Part shown: positions 9,407 to 18,339 of the stretch, piece by piece
How the letters are laid out: every line of letters starts with the position of its first letter
How positions within the stretch are numbered: the stretch's first letter is position 1
Assembly: GCA_947626935.1 (NCBI GenBank)
Contig: CANQUD010000001.1
Coordinates: 34,089-98,088 of the forward strand
Length of the DNA stretch: 64,000 nt
Reading direction: 5' to 3'
Source: an uncultured Clostridia bacterium
GTDB taxonomy: Bacteria; Bacillota; Clostridia; Christensenellales; Borkfalkiaceae
The notes under the pieces: model-generated
Databases searched by the model: none
The model's input: only the letters and a program-made list of their open reading frames with translations
What the model was told of the DNA's origin: nothing
Translations under genes and position numbers: made by a program

Positions 9407-9505
9407 AAGCTCTCCCTGTGTAAAAAAGTCAAAGTTCGGGCAGTCAAAGCCTCAAAAGGGCAAAATTTTTTTGCCGTTTTCGGCGGCAAATTCTCTATCG
9501 TTCCG

Positions 9506-9535
9506 ATTATACCACAAACGCCGCTGCTCCGTCAA
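9506..9535 (-). promoter_or_regulatory. Sigma-70-type promoter for carAB
   Basis: Minus strand reads TTGACG, 18 nt, TATAAT, about 100 nt upstream of the carA ATG. Confidence 0.6.
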
Positions 9536-9617
9536 GCGTAGGCGCGAAATTCCGCAAATCCGTTTCTGCTCAATTTATTGCTTGAAATATTCAACATATT
9601 GCGAAAGAATGGTTATT

Positions 9618-9638
9618 TATGCCTGACATAGTACTATG
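9618..9638 (-). repeat. Quasi-palindromic dispersed element, copy upstream of the carA promoter
   Basis: Plus strand reads TATGCCTGACATAGTACTATG. 16 nt are identical to the 51114-51129 copy. Confidence 0.85.
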
Positions 9639-9671
9639 CAAATCGTTCAAAACGGCATTTTATTATGGAAT

Positions 9672-9693
9672 CGGCGGCGCTGAAGCGCCGCCG
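9672..9693 (-). terminator. GC-rich hairpin downstream of the 9697..10161 gene
   Basis: CGGCGGCGC-tgaa-GCGCCGCCG is a perfect 9-bp stem. The flanking U-tract is weak. Confidence 0.45.
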
Positions 9694-9696
9694 TGT

Positions 9697-10161
9697 TTAC
9701 TCTGTTTCATTTTTGAGATCGGGATAAAAAGAGGAAAGTTCCTCCGCCGTAAATTGTTCTTCGTAGCTCTTGGCAAAGAGGACTTTTTTGGGGAAAACGA
9801 ACTTGTCCCTCGAATCCTGTGTTTCGAACGTGCAGATAAATTTCCGCTTGCTCTCTCTGACTTCCTTGCATCCTCTCTTCACGTCGTAGGTGTATGTCTT
9901 GCGCTTTGTCTTGACATGCACGACCTGCTCGGTCGTCTCGAATCCGATGACGGTCCCCATCGAGATCCCGAGCGCGTAGAAGCCGTAGAGGATAAAGTAG
10001 GCGACCATGCCGACGGGAAAGATGATCCAGAATGCCGCGTAGCCCATGCAGGCAAAGATGAGCGAGATCATGAGGAGCGGGAGCGCGACGCAGCTGAACA
10101 CGATGAAGAGCTTCTTGCAGAAGTTGACGTATTTCAGGACGGATGGCTTGTAGATCTTCAT
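9697..10161 (-). CDS. Hypothetical membrane protein (two TM helices plus a basic C-terminal domain)
   Basis: Start placed at ATG 10161 (MKIYKPSV), which forms an ATGA overlap with the stop of the upstream thioesterase gene. Confidence 0.55.
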   Translation of the reverse strand: MKIYKPSVLKYVNFCKKLFIVFSCVALPLLMISLIFACMGYAAFWIIFPVGMVAYFILYGFYALGISMGTVIGFETTEQVVHVKTKRKTYTYDVKRGCKEVRESKRKFICTFETQDSRDKFVFPKKVLFAKSYEEQFTAEELSSFYPDLKNETE

Positions 10162-10898
10162 TGCCCGTCCTCCGCAAAGTCCACGCGGAAACGGGTCAGC
10201 ACGTCTCCGTCCGCACACGCTTCACAGATCGTATAGCTGTCAAGATCTTGCCGCAAAAGAACGATCTCTTTCCCCTCTTTGGCTTGCTTGATATAGTTGA
10301 TGCAGAACGAGGAGATGCGCTTCCTTGATAGTTCTTCCATCGTGAAGCAATCAGTGAAGAAATCGAGGTATCTCGTATTGTTGGCGTGCAGATAATGGTC
10401 GCAATGGGAGACGTTCACGCGCATGCGGTAGACTTCCCTACCCTCGGTGAGTTTTGCGATCTTCCAATTCGGGACTTCCACCGTCTTTTCGTTCCTGTAG
10501 GGGCATTTTTCGTTGGTCTCCCCGAGTTTTTCGGGAAGGAGCAGCGAAAAGTCGTTCATATCGACGAGGCACCAGCGGGAAGCGAGCGCCGCGACCTCTT
10601 CCTCGCCCGAAAGAACGCGATAATGGCGTTCAAAGATGACGTGGCGGGGCGGGAGCGGCCATGTTTCCACAGTGATCGTTTCCCCGAGGCGGATGGGACG
10701 GCGGAACTTGCAATAGGTGTTCACCACCAAAAACCCGTAATGGAGCGGCTTCAGATCGTCATAACCGAATCCGAGTTCGTCCGCGCTTCTGCAGGCAGAC
10801 TCCTGCACGAGCGCGAGGAGCGCCGTCAATGACAGCTCATCCTTGAAATCAAAGTCGGAATATCTCAAAGCATATGTTTTTCTGTTGCAGTACGCCAT
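10158..10898 (-). CDS. Acyl-ACP thioesterase (double hot-dog, Fat family)
   Basis: 246 aa. The pattern YSDFDFKDELSLTALLALVQE...FLVVNTYCKFRRP is typical of bacterial acyl-ACP thioesterases. Confidence 0.75.
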   Translation of the reverse strand: MAYCNRKTYALRYSDFDFKDELSLTALLALVQESACRSADELGFGYDDLKPLHYGFLVVNTYCKFRRPIRLGETITVETWPLPPRHVIFERHYRVLSGEEEVAALASRWCLVDMNDFSLLLPEKLGETNEKCPYRNEKTVEVPNWKIAKLTEGREVYRMRVNVSHCDHYLHANNTRYLDFFTDCFTMEELSRKRISSFCINYIKQAKEGKEIVLLRQDLDSYTICEACADGDVLTRFRVDFAEDGQ

Positions 10899-10939
10899 AT
10901 CGGGGGTATTATATCACGGCGGGAAAGGATTGTCAAATG

Positions 10940-11641
10940 TTAAGAGGTCTCTGTCGTGAGAAAGGACAGCGACCCTTCCAGAATCGCCGATGCGATCTTC
11001 TTTTGGTAATCCTCGGTGACGAGGAGCTTTTCATCCTCCGCATTGGACAAAAACCCGCATTCTACGATGACGGACGGATACTCGCTGCAGTTCAGGACGT
11101 AATAGTCCCCCTTCAGCGCATCCGACTTCTTGACACATTCGGGCATCCTGTTGAGCGAGTCCTGAATGTGTGCCGCGAGAAGCCGCGAAGGGACGGAGTT
11201 TTCCCGAAAAAACACCTGTGCGCCCCGCCGAGAACGCATGGGAAAGAAATTCTGGTGGACGGAAATGACGAGGGCGGGCATGCTCTCGTTGATGACCTCC
11301 GCCCTCTTTTTCATGTCCCGCTTCTTATAGCCGTTCGTCGCAGTGCCGTAAAGCCCCGCCTCGGTCGGACGGGTCTGGATCACATAGAATCCTGCGTCCT
11401 CGAATGCCGTCTGTAAGATCCTCGAGAGGGACAGGTTGATGTCGCTCTCCTTTGTCCCCGTCTCGATCCCGACGACTCCGCCGTCCACGCCGCCGTGTCC
11501 CGCATCGATGACGACGACAAGACGGCTTGTCTGCGCCGCCGTGCGCGAGAGCGCAAAGAAACAGACGCCGAACGTCAAAGCGACGACAAGCAAGATCGCG
11601 AGAAACCCCATCGCCACCCGATGACGATAAAAAAAATTCAT
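10940..11641 (-). CDS. cwlD: N-acetylmuramoyl-L-alanine amidase, CwlD-like (germination-specific)
   Basis: N-terminal TM helix. DAGHGGVDGG, GYKKRDMKKRAEVIN, VSVHQN and ECGFLSN blocks parallel B. subtilis CwlD. Start chosen at ATG 11641; the ORF extends to 11710. Confidence 0.75.
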   Translation of the reverse strand: MNFFYRHRVAMGFLAILLVVALTFGVCFFALSRTAAQTSRLVVVIDAGHGGVDGGVVGIETGTKESDINLSLSRILQTAFEDAGFYVIQTRPTEAGLYGTATNGYKKRDMKKRAEVINESMPALVISVHQNFFPMRSRRGAQVFFRENSVPSRLLAAHIQDSLNRMPECVKKSDALKGDYYVLNCSEYPSVIVECGFLSNAEDEKLLVTEDYQKKIASAILEGSLSFLTTETS

Positions 11642-11719
11642 ACAATACTGTATGAATCTGCTTTTCGATTTAGAATTGCCCCGCGGAAGCGAAGCTGCCC
11701 GCGGAGACATCTCTAATTG

Positions 11720-13105
11720 TCACTCTTTGCCCGCGATAAATTCGTCGATGGCACGCGCCGCAACCTTCCCCGCGCCCATGGCGAGAATGACCGTGGCGGA
11801 ACCCGTCACCGCGTCTCCGCCCGCAAAGACGCCCTCGAGGGATGTTTTCCCGTTCTCATCGGCGGCGATCTCGCCGCGCGGCTTCGTCAAAAGCCCCGCC
11901 GTCGTCTGCTTGATGAGCGGATTGGGAGAGGTCCCGAGCGCCATGATGACGCAGTCTGCTTCGATGCGGAACTCGCTCCCTTCCTTGACGACGGGTCTGC
12001 GTCTGCCGCTCTCGTCGGGTTCCCCGAGTTCCATCCGCACACATTCGAGCGCGACGACGTTGTTATCGCCGTCCGTCACGATCTCGACGGGATTGGTGAG
12101 GAGCTGAAGTTCGATCTCCTCTTCGACGGCATGCTCGACTTCCTCGCGCCGCGCGGGAAGTTCCTCTCTGCTCCTGCGGTAGACGATAAAGACCTTTTCC
12201 GCGCCGAGCCGCTTTGCCGTCCGCGCCGCGTCCATTGCGACATTGCCGCCGCCGACGACCGCCACCCGCTTCCCGCGGTAGATGGGCGTCGCGCTGTCCG
12301 CTTCGTATGCCTTCATGAGATTCGCACGGGTAAGATATTCGTTCGCCGAGAAAACGCCCTTGGCGTTCTCCCCCTTGATGCCCATAAAGCGGGGAAGTCC
12401 CGCGCCCGTTCCGAGAAAGACCGCCTCAAAGCCGAGTTCCCGTTTGAGTTCTTCGACCGTATAGAGCCGACCGATGACGCTGTCCATCTCGATCTTCACG
12501 CCGAGTCCGAGCAGATGCTCCACTTCCCGACGGACGATCTCTTTGGGCAGGCGGAATTCGGGAATGCCGTAAACGAGCACGCCGCCCGCCGTGTGGAGCG
12601 CTTCGAATACGGTCACTTCATATCCGCGTTTGGCAAGTTCCCCCGCGCAGGCAAGACCCGCGGGACCCGATCCAACGACCGCGACTCTGTGCCCGTTGGA
12701 GACGGGGCGATCTGTCTTTTCCGAATGGGAGAGATGATAGTCCGCCGCAAAGCGCTCGAGACGTCCGATCCCGACGGGTTCCCCCTTGACGCCGCGGACA
12801 CAAAACTTTTCACATTGTCTTTCCTGCGGACAAACTCTGCCGCAGACGGCGGGAAGAGAAGAACTCTCTCCGATGATCCGATAGGCTCCCTCAAAGTCCC
12901 CTTCGGCGATCTTTGCGATAAAGTCGGGGATCATGACGGAGACGGGACATCCGTCCACGCAGGGATGTGCCTTGCAATGGAGACAGCGCTGCGCCTCGTG
13001 CCTTGCCGTCTCCCCGTCATAGCCGAGGGAGACTTCCTCAAAATCACGATTTCTGACGAGGGGGTCCCGTACGGGCATGGGATATTTCGTCGTGCGAAGA
13101 TCCAT
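11720..13105 (-). CDS. nfnB: NADH-dependent reduced ferredoxin:NADP+ oxidoreductase, large subunit (GltD-like)
   Basis: Two Cys clusters (CLHCK...C...C...CP). GxGxxG motifs VVGSGPAGL and VVGGGNVAMD. GGAGGGG Shine-Dalgarno (SD) sequence before ATG 13105, which overlaps the nfnA stop by 1 nt. Confidence 0.8.
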   Translation of the reverse strand: MDLRTTKYPMPVRDPLVRNRDFEEVSLGYDGETARHEAQRCLHCKAHPCVDGCPVSVMIPDFIAKIAEGDFEGAYRIIGESSSLPAVCGRVCPQERQCEKFCVRGVKGEPVGIGRLERFAADYHLSHSEKTDRPVSNGHRVAVVGSGPAGLACAGELAKRGYEVTVFEALHTAGGVLVYGIPEFRLPKEIVRREVEHLLGLGVKIEMDSVIGRLYTVEELKRELGFEAVFLGTGAGLPRFMGIKGENAKGVFSANEYLTRANLMKAYEADSATPIYRGKRVAVVGGGNVAMDAARTAKRLGAEKVFIVYRRSREELPARREEVEHAVEEEIELQLLTNPVEIVTDGDNNVVALECVRMELGEPDESGRRRPVVKEGSEFRIEADCVIMALGTSPNPLIKQTTAGLLTKPRGEIAADENGKTSLEGVFAGGDAVTGSATVILAMGAGKVAARAIDEFIAGKE

Positions 13106-13941
13106 CAGTTCCCCTCCTTTTTGTAGAGATTGCAATGTTTTTCCCGCGCCTCTGCCTCAAACGCAAGATAGGAGCGGTTGCGCCCGATCGCCTCGTCGAA
13201 GTCGATCTTCTGCGCATCGAAATCGGGTCCGTCGACGCATGCGAATTTCATCTCGCCGTCCACCGTCACGCGGCAGCAGCCGCACATGCCCGTTCCGTCG
13301 ATCATGATGGGGTTCATGCTTGCGACCGTCTTAACGCCGTACGGCTTCGTCGTCAAAGCGACAAATTTCATCATGACGAGAGGTCCGATCGCATAGACGG
13401 CGTCGAATTTTTCCCTCTCGAGCAGGCGTTTTAAGGGGATGCAGACATTCCCCGTCTCCCCGTAACTGCCGTCATCCGTCGTGACGGAGACGTCGGAGCA
13501 GGCTCTGAATTCCTCTTCGAGAATGACTGCGCCGCGGGTTCGGAATCCGATGACCGAACGGACATCCGCGCCGAGTTCGTGGAGACGTCTCGCGACGGGA
13601 AGCGCGATGGCGCAGCCGACTCCCCCGCCGACGACGATCGCCTTTTTGATGCCGTCAAGCTCCGTGGGGTTGCCCAAGGGACCGACGAGGTCGGCGATCG
13701 TATCCCCCTCCCGCTTTCGGTCGAGGGACATCGTCGTGGCGCCGACGACCTGAAAAATGACACAGACGGCGCCCCGCCCTTGGTCTGTCCCCGCGACGGT
13801 GAGCGGAATGCGTTCTCCCCGTTCGTCCGTGCGGAGAATGACGAATTGCCCCGCAAGCGCCTTTTTGGCAATTTGCGGCGCTTCGATCTCGATCAGCGTG
13901 ACGCTTTTGTTCAATTCTCTTCTTTTCAAGATCCGAAACAT
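13105..13941 (-). CDS. nfnA: NfnA / PyrK-like FAD and 2Fe-2S electron-transfer subunit
   Basis: 278 aa. C-terminal GTGMCGCCRV...C 2Fe-2S motif. Paired with the GltD-like subunit. Confidence 0.8.
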   Translation of the reverse strand: MFRILKRRELNKSVTLIEIEAPQIAKKALAGQFVILRTDERGERIPLTVAGTDQGRGAVCVIFQVVGATTMSLDRKREGDTIADLVGPLGNPTELDGIKKAIVVGGGVGCAIALPVARRLHELGADVRSVIGFRTRGAVILEEEFRACSDVSVTTDDGSYGETGNVCIPLKRLLEREKFDAVYAIGPLVMMKFVALTTKPYGVKTVASMNPIMIDGTGMCGCCRVTVDGEMKFACVDGPDFDAQKIDFDEAIGRNRSYLAFEAEAREKHCNLYKKEGN

Positions 13942-14006
13942 GACCTTTCTCCATGTATAAGCGTAACACGGCGAGGAAAAATTGTCAACCTATTCCGTTG
14001 AAATCC

Positions 14007-14035
14007 TTGACATTCCCGTTCTCATTCTGTATAAT
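14007..14035 (+). promoter_or_regulatory. Consensus sigma-70 promoter for degV
   Basis: TTGACA, 17 nt, TATAAT. Located ~38 nt upstream of the GGAGAGG SD and ATG 14073. Confidence 0.75.
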
Positions 14036-14072
14036 AAAATCAGTTCACAAAATAAATATTCGGAGAGGCAAT

Positions 14073-14942
14073 ATGGCAAACGTCAAAATTGTCACCGATT
14101 CGAACAGCGGCATCACGCAAGCGGACGCAAAGAAACTGGGAATCTCTGTGATCCCGATGCCCTTTCTGATCGACGGCAAAGAATACTTTGAGGACATCAA
14201 CCTCACGCAGGAAGAATTTTACGTCCATCTGCGGGGGGAAGCGAATGTATCCACATCCCAGCCCGCCGTCGGGAGTGTGACGGATCTTTGGGACGAACTC
14301 CTGAAGGACGGAAGCGAGATCGTCCATATCCCCATGTCGAGCGGACTTTCGGAGTCCTGCCATACGGCGGAAAATCTTGCGAAGGACTACGGCGGAAGAG
14401 TACAGGTCGTCGACAACCAGCGCATTTCCGTCTCCCAGCGGCAGAGCGTCTATGACGCGATCGAGCTTGCCAAGCAAGGAAAGAGCGCGGCGGAGATCAA
14501 GGAGATCCTGCTCAAGACCAAATTCGACAGCAGCATCTACATCTCCCTCGACACACTGAAATACCTGAAAAAGGGCGGGAGACTCACCCCCGCCGCGGCG
14601 CTCATCGGCACGATCCTCCGCATCAAGCCCGTCTTGCAGATCCAAGGGGAGAAGCTGGATGCGTTCAAAAAGGTCAACACGCTGAAAAAGGCGAAGGAAG
14701 TCATGATCGAGGCGATGCAAAAGGACTTCTCGACGCGGTTCAAGGACTATGTGGCGCGGGGCGAAATGCGGCTCTTCATCGCCTATACCGCCGAAGATTC
14801 CGAGGCGAAGATCTTTGCCGAGGAAATCAAGACGGCGTTCCCCGATGTCCCCCTCACCTTCATCGATCCCCTTTCGCTTTCCGTCTCCTGTCATATCGGA
14901 CCGGGAGCGCTTGCGATCGCCTGCGCGAGAGCGGTAAAATAA
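14073..14942 (+). CDS. DegV family fatty-acid-binding protein
   Basis: MANVKIVTDSNSGITQ... start is typical of DegV. Start chosen at ATG 14073 behind a good SD. Confidence 0.9.
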   Translation: MANVKIVTDSNSGITQADAKKLGISVIPMPFLIDGKEYFEDINLTQEEFYVHLRGEANVSTSQPAVGSVTDLWDELLKDGSEIVHIPMSSGLSESCHTAENLAKDYGGRVQVVDNQRISVSQRQSVYDAIELAKQGKSAAEIKEILLKTKFDSSIYISLDTLKYLKKGGRLTPAAALIGTILRIKPVLQIQGEKLDAFKKVNTLKKAKEVMIEAMQKDFSTRFKDYVARGEMRLFIAYTAEDSEAKIFAEEIKTAFPDVPLTFIDPLSLSVSCHIGPGALAIACARAVK

Positions 14943-14957
14943 GAATTACGATGAATT

Positions 14958-14985
14958 ACGGCTTGCCCCACGGCAAACCGTTTTT
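14958..14985. terminator. Rho-independent terminator between convergent genes
   Basis: ACGGCTTGCC-ccac-GGCAAACCGT (one mismatch) followed by TTTTT. Confidence 0.7.
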
Positions 14986-15005
14986 ATGTAGAACGAGGCA
15001 AAAAC

Positions 15006-15680
15006 TCAAAAAGTCCCCTTTTTCTTTTTGTAGAAACCGCGGCGGCGGGTCTCGACGAGATGATACTCCTGTTCCCGTTTCAGGTCATAGAGACAGGGAC
15101 TGCGCGGAGAGGAAAAGCCGAGTTTCCCGCCAATGTCCGCCGCCTGCGCGTATCCGAAGGCACACACGCACACGGGAATGCCGTAGAGGAACGCCTGCGC
15201 CCGCATGAGTGTCTGTTCAAGGCTCTCGGAAAGTTCCTCAAAGACGGCGATCGCGACTTCCGCCCCGCAGACGGAGAGCGTCTCGATGACTTTGGGAAAA
15301 TAGAGGTCCTCCGCGACGACGATCCCGAGCTTCCCCGCCGCCGTATCGAAGATCTTGACGTTTGCGCCGCCCCGATATTCCCCGCCGTCGAGGCGGTTCA
15401 CCATATCTGCGACACCCAGGATCCGTCCCCGCTCGGCAACGACAACGGACTTGCGCTTCACCCCTCTCGCGTCGGTATAACAGCCGCAGAGCACGACGTT
15501 CTTCTGCTCCTTGGAGAGGAGCGCGACGTCCTCAAAGAGGCTCGTTTCCCCCTTCAGTTCCCTCTCGTAGCTGACCTTCCCGAGCGCCTGAAAGCCGAAG
15601 CAGACGACGTCGGGCGGTTCCCCCTCGAAGCCGTCCGAAAAGTCGTTGAATGTCCCTTCCGTCACAAAACAAATGCGCAT
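15006..15680 (-). CDS. Carbon-nitrogen hydrolase-like protein, probably non-catalytic
   Basis: Start at ATG 15680 (MRICFV) behind GGAGAG. The block layout resembles nitrilase-superfamily proteins. The nucleophile position reads GIVVAEDLYFP, with no Cys. Confidence 0.45.
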   Translation of the reverse strand: MRICFVTEGTFNDFSDGFEGEPPDVVCFGFQALGKVSYERELKGETSLFEDVALLSKEQKNVVLCGCYTDARGVKRKSVVVAERGRILGVADMVNRLDGGEYRGGANVKIFDTAAGKLGIVVAEDLYFPKVIETLSVCGAEVAIAVFEELSESLEQTLMRAQAFLYGIPVCVCAFGYAQAADIGGKLGFSSPRSPCLYDLKREQEYHLVETRRRGFYKKKKGTF

Positions 15681-15732
15681 ATGCTCTCCCCGTTCATTGT
15701 AGTACGGAACGGGAAAATGTGTGCATGCGGTC

Positions 15733-15757
15733 GAAAAAACGGAGCCGAAGCTCCGTT
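15733..15757 (-). terminator. Rho-independent terminator of the 15764..16255 gene
   Basis: Minus strand reads AACGGAGC-ttcg-GCTCCGTT followed by TTTTT. Confidence 0.75.
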
Positions 15758-15763
15758 CTTTTC

Positions 15764-16255
15764 TTATTCTTGCGTCTCTTGCGGCGGATCGGGCTGCAGA
15801 AGCTGTAAAAATGCTTCCCTGTTCCCCGTCGCGGGGAGAAACCGCAGCAGCCAATCCACATGGCGCATGATGTCCGCGGGGACGGGATCTGCGACAGAGG
15901 CGGCGAACGAAAGATACGGAACATTTGATTCCGTCTCGATCGATGCCATCCAATAACTGCTCTTGCGGTTGAATTCGTTGAGGAGCTTCAGAGTCTCCTC
16001 GTTTGCCTGCTTTTCGCCAAAATAGACATAGACGGTAAGGTTGGTGTGCCCGTTCTTCGGATAATAGGAATAATCGATGTCGAGCCGCTCGGCGGGATGA
16101 TCGAGGACGGAAAACTCCCCCGTCATGACACTGATGCCGTTCTCCTTCTTTTCGACGTTTGCCTTCAATTCAAGTTCGGCATAGAGGTTTTTGATCTGAC
16201 GTTCCGCCTCCGCAAATGCGGGACCCTGCGGGCGTTTTTTCCGAAACCCGAACAT
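15764..16255 (-). CDS. Hypothetical cytoplasmic protein
   Basis: 163-aa ORF with normal composition, followed by its own terminator. Family not recognised with confidence. Confidence 0.55.
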   Translation of the reverse strand: MFGFRKKRPQGPAFAEAERQIKNLYAELELKANVEKKENGISVMTGEFSVLDHPAERLDIDYSYYPKNGHTNLTVYVYFGEKQANEETLKLLNEFNRKSSYWMASIETESNVPYLSFAASVADPVPADIMRHVDWLLRFLPATGNREAFLQLLQPDPPQETQE

Positions 16256-16267
16256 GTCCGTCCTCCG

Positions 16268-16828
16268 TTACTCTGTCTTTTCTTCCTGTTTTCCCTTCAA
16301 AAGGTCGCGGATCTCGGTGAGGAGCTGTTCCGCCGTGGGAGCGGGTGCGGGTGCATTTGCCGCGGCTTCCGCCCTCTTGTCGGCTGCGATCTTGGCGATC
16401 TCGTCCCAGCTCTTGCCTTCCTTGCGGAGCGCCTTGATGTCCTCTTTCTCCAAGGGAAGATACTTTGCCTTCTGCTTGTCGGCATGGTCATGGAGCCTGT
16501 TCACCGTGTAGACGATGAGGAAGAGAATGAACGCCGTCAGAAGGAACGTGACGATCGCCGAGATGACGATGCCGAAGTCGAGAATGATGGGCGTCACGGT
16601 CTCGGGATTTTCGGTGACAGCCGCCTGATTCAATACGATCTGGAGAGCGCCGAAGCCGTCCGAACCGACGCCGATCGATTGAAGGAGCGGGGTCAGGATG
16701 CCGTTGACGATCGCCGTGATGATCGCCGTGAACGCGCCGCCGATGATGATGCCGACTGCCATGTCGAGCACGTTACCGCGTGCAATGAATGCCTTGAATT
16801 CCGCAAAGAATCCTTTCTTTTTTGCCAT
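16268..16828 (-). CDS. mscL: Large-conductance mechanosensitive channel with a long C-terminal extension
   Basis: FKAFIARGNVLDMAVGIIIGGAF signature and two TM helices. At 186 aa it is longer than the ~130-150 aa I recall for typical MscL. Confidence 0.9.
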   Translation of the reverse strand: MAKKKGFFAEFKAFIARGNVLDMAVGIIIGGAFTAIITAIVNGILTPLLQSIGVGSDGFGALQIVLNQAAVTENPETVTPIILDFGIVISAIVTFLLTAFILFLIVYTVNRLHDHADKQKAKYLPLEKEDIKALRKEGKSWDEIAKIAADKRAEAAANAPAPAPTAEQLLTEIRDLLKGKQEEKTE

Positions 16829-16832
16829 AAAA

Positions 16833-18329
16833 CTACCTCCGATAATTTTTTATCATTTTTTTGTATTTCGCCATAGAACGCCCGATGGGTCTGTCGAGGC
16901 GGTACAGCCAATTCCCCCCCTGTGTCCCGGGGAGATTCATGCGGGCTTCGTTGCCCAGCCCCAAGATGTCCTGAATGGGGACGATCGCGAGCTTCGCCCT
17001 CGATGCAAGGGCGAGACGGACGAACGCATCGGGGAAATTTTCCCCGTTCTTCATGAGGCGAATTTCTACCCCGCTCTCCTCGAGCGCCATCGCGAGCCGT
17101 GCGCGGAGCAGGATGAAGTCCTCCGCCGCCAGCGAATCGACATACCCCTTGACGGTGTCGTTGTCGTGCGTTCCCGTATAGCAGACGCTGTTTTCGTGGA
17201 TGTTTTTGGGGAGAAATTCGTTGTCGGGGTTGCCGTCGAAGGCAAAGAGCAGCACCTTCATGCCGGGGAAGCCCGTCTTTTTGAGGAGCGCCTGCACGCC
17301 GTCGTCGACGATGCCGAGGTTTTCCGCGATAATGCGGCTGCGGGCTTCTCTGCTGATGCCGCCGAAGAGCTTTTCCTTGGGACCGTCCGCCCACCTTCCG
17401 CCGATGGCGTTCTCCGCATCGGCGTCGATCTCATAGTAGCGGTCGATGCCGCGGAAGTGGTCGATGCGGACGAGGTCATAGGTATCGAGCGCCGCCTGCA
17501 GACGTTGCGTCCACCATGCGAACTTCTCCCTTTCGTGCGCTTTCCAGTCGTAGACGGGGTTGCCCCAGAGCTGTCCCGTCTCCGAGAAATAGTCAGGCGG
17601 GACCCCCGCGACTTTGACGGGGTTGAGGTCCTCGTCGAGCTGAAAGAGTTCGGGATGCGCCCAGACGTCTGCGCTGTCGTAGGCGACATAGAGCGGAAGG
17701 TCTCCGATGATCTCGATCTGCGAACGGCAAAGACTGTGCAGTTTCTCCCATTGCATCCGAAAGAGATACTGCACGAACTGCCAGAAGAGATATTCCTCAT
17801 GATGCTCCGTGCGGAGCGTCTCGAGCGCCTCGGGCGTGTGGCGCATCAACGGCTCGTCCCAATCGTGGAATGTCCCGCCGTAGACCGTTTTGGCGGTCAT
17901 GAACAGGGCATAATCCTCGAACATGCCCTTTTTGACGAACGCGCGGAAGTCGTCGCTGTCGAACGCAAAGCGGGAAAAGGCAAGCCGAAGCGTCGCGTAG
18001 CGTTCCTCATAGATAGCGCCGTAGTCGACCGCGGTCGCGCCCTTATACTTCTCGCGAAGGTCTTTGAGTTCCTTCCGCGTCAGAAGCCCCATCCGTCCGA
18101 GTTCGTCGAGGTCGATAAAATAAGGGTTGCCCGAAATGCAGGACACCGATTGATACGGGCTGTCGCCGTATCCCGTCTGCACAAGGGGAAGGACTTGCCA
18201 GTATTTGACGCCGTTTTTCACGAGCGTGAGCGCAAACTTCGCTGCATCCCGTAAATTTCCGATCCCGTACTTCCCGGGGAGGGAAGAAATGTGGCATAAG
18301 ACGCCTGCGCTCTTTGTTACATTCTCCAT
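16833..18329 (-). CDS. malQ: 4-alpha-glucanotransferase (amylomaltase, GH77)
   Basis: GVLCHISSLPGKYGIG N-terminus, WGNPVYDW, RIDHFRG and GTHDND motifs. Confidence 0.92.
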   Translation of the reverse strand: MENVTKSAGVLCHISSLPGKYGIGNLRDAAKFALTLVKNGVKYWQVLPLVQTGYGDSPYQSVSCISGNPYFIDLDELGRMGLLTRKELKDLREKYKGATAVDYGAIYEERYATLRLAFSRFAFDSDDFRAFVKKGMFEDYALFMTAKTVYGGTFHDWDEPLMRHTPEALETLRTEHHEEYLFWQFVQYLFRMQWEKLHSLCRSQIEIIGDLPLYVAYDSADVWAHPELFQLDEDLNPVKVAGVPPDYFSETGQLWGNPVYDWKAHEREKFAWWTQRLQAALDTYDLVRIDHFRGIDRYYEIDADAENAIGGRWADGPKEKLFGGISREARSRIIAENLGIVDDGVQALLKKTGFPGMKVLLFAFDGNPDNEFLPKNIHENSVCYTGTHDNDTVKGYVDSLAAEDFILLRARLAMALEESGVEIRLMKNGENFPDAFVRLALASRAKLAIVPIQDILGLGNEARMNLPGTQGGNWLYRLDRPIGRSMAKYKKMIKNYRR

Positions 18330-18339
18330 AGACGATCTC

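Noticed and set aside
9407-9505. PyrR-binding attenuator or ARG box in the carA leader
   Set aside because: No ARUCCAGAGAGG-type loop and no terminator/antiterminator pair are visible. The TTTGCCG..CGGCAAA hairpin lacks a following U-tract on the sense strand.
9618-9638. Reading the palindromic element as a sigma-70 promoter (TTGCAT...TAAATA) or as a sporulation-sigma promoter
   Set aside because: Much better consensus promoters lie elsewhere for carA (9506-9535) and the V-ATPase operon (50907-50935). The thrS copy sits after the T-box terminator and the PBP copy is intragenic. The spacing does not fit SigG/F or SigE/K consensus.
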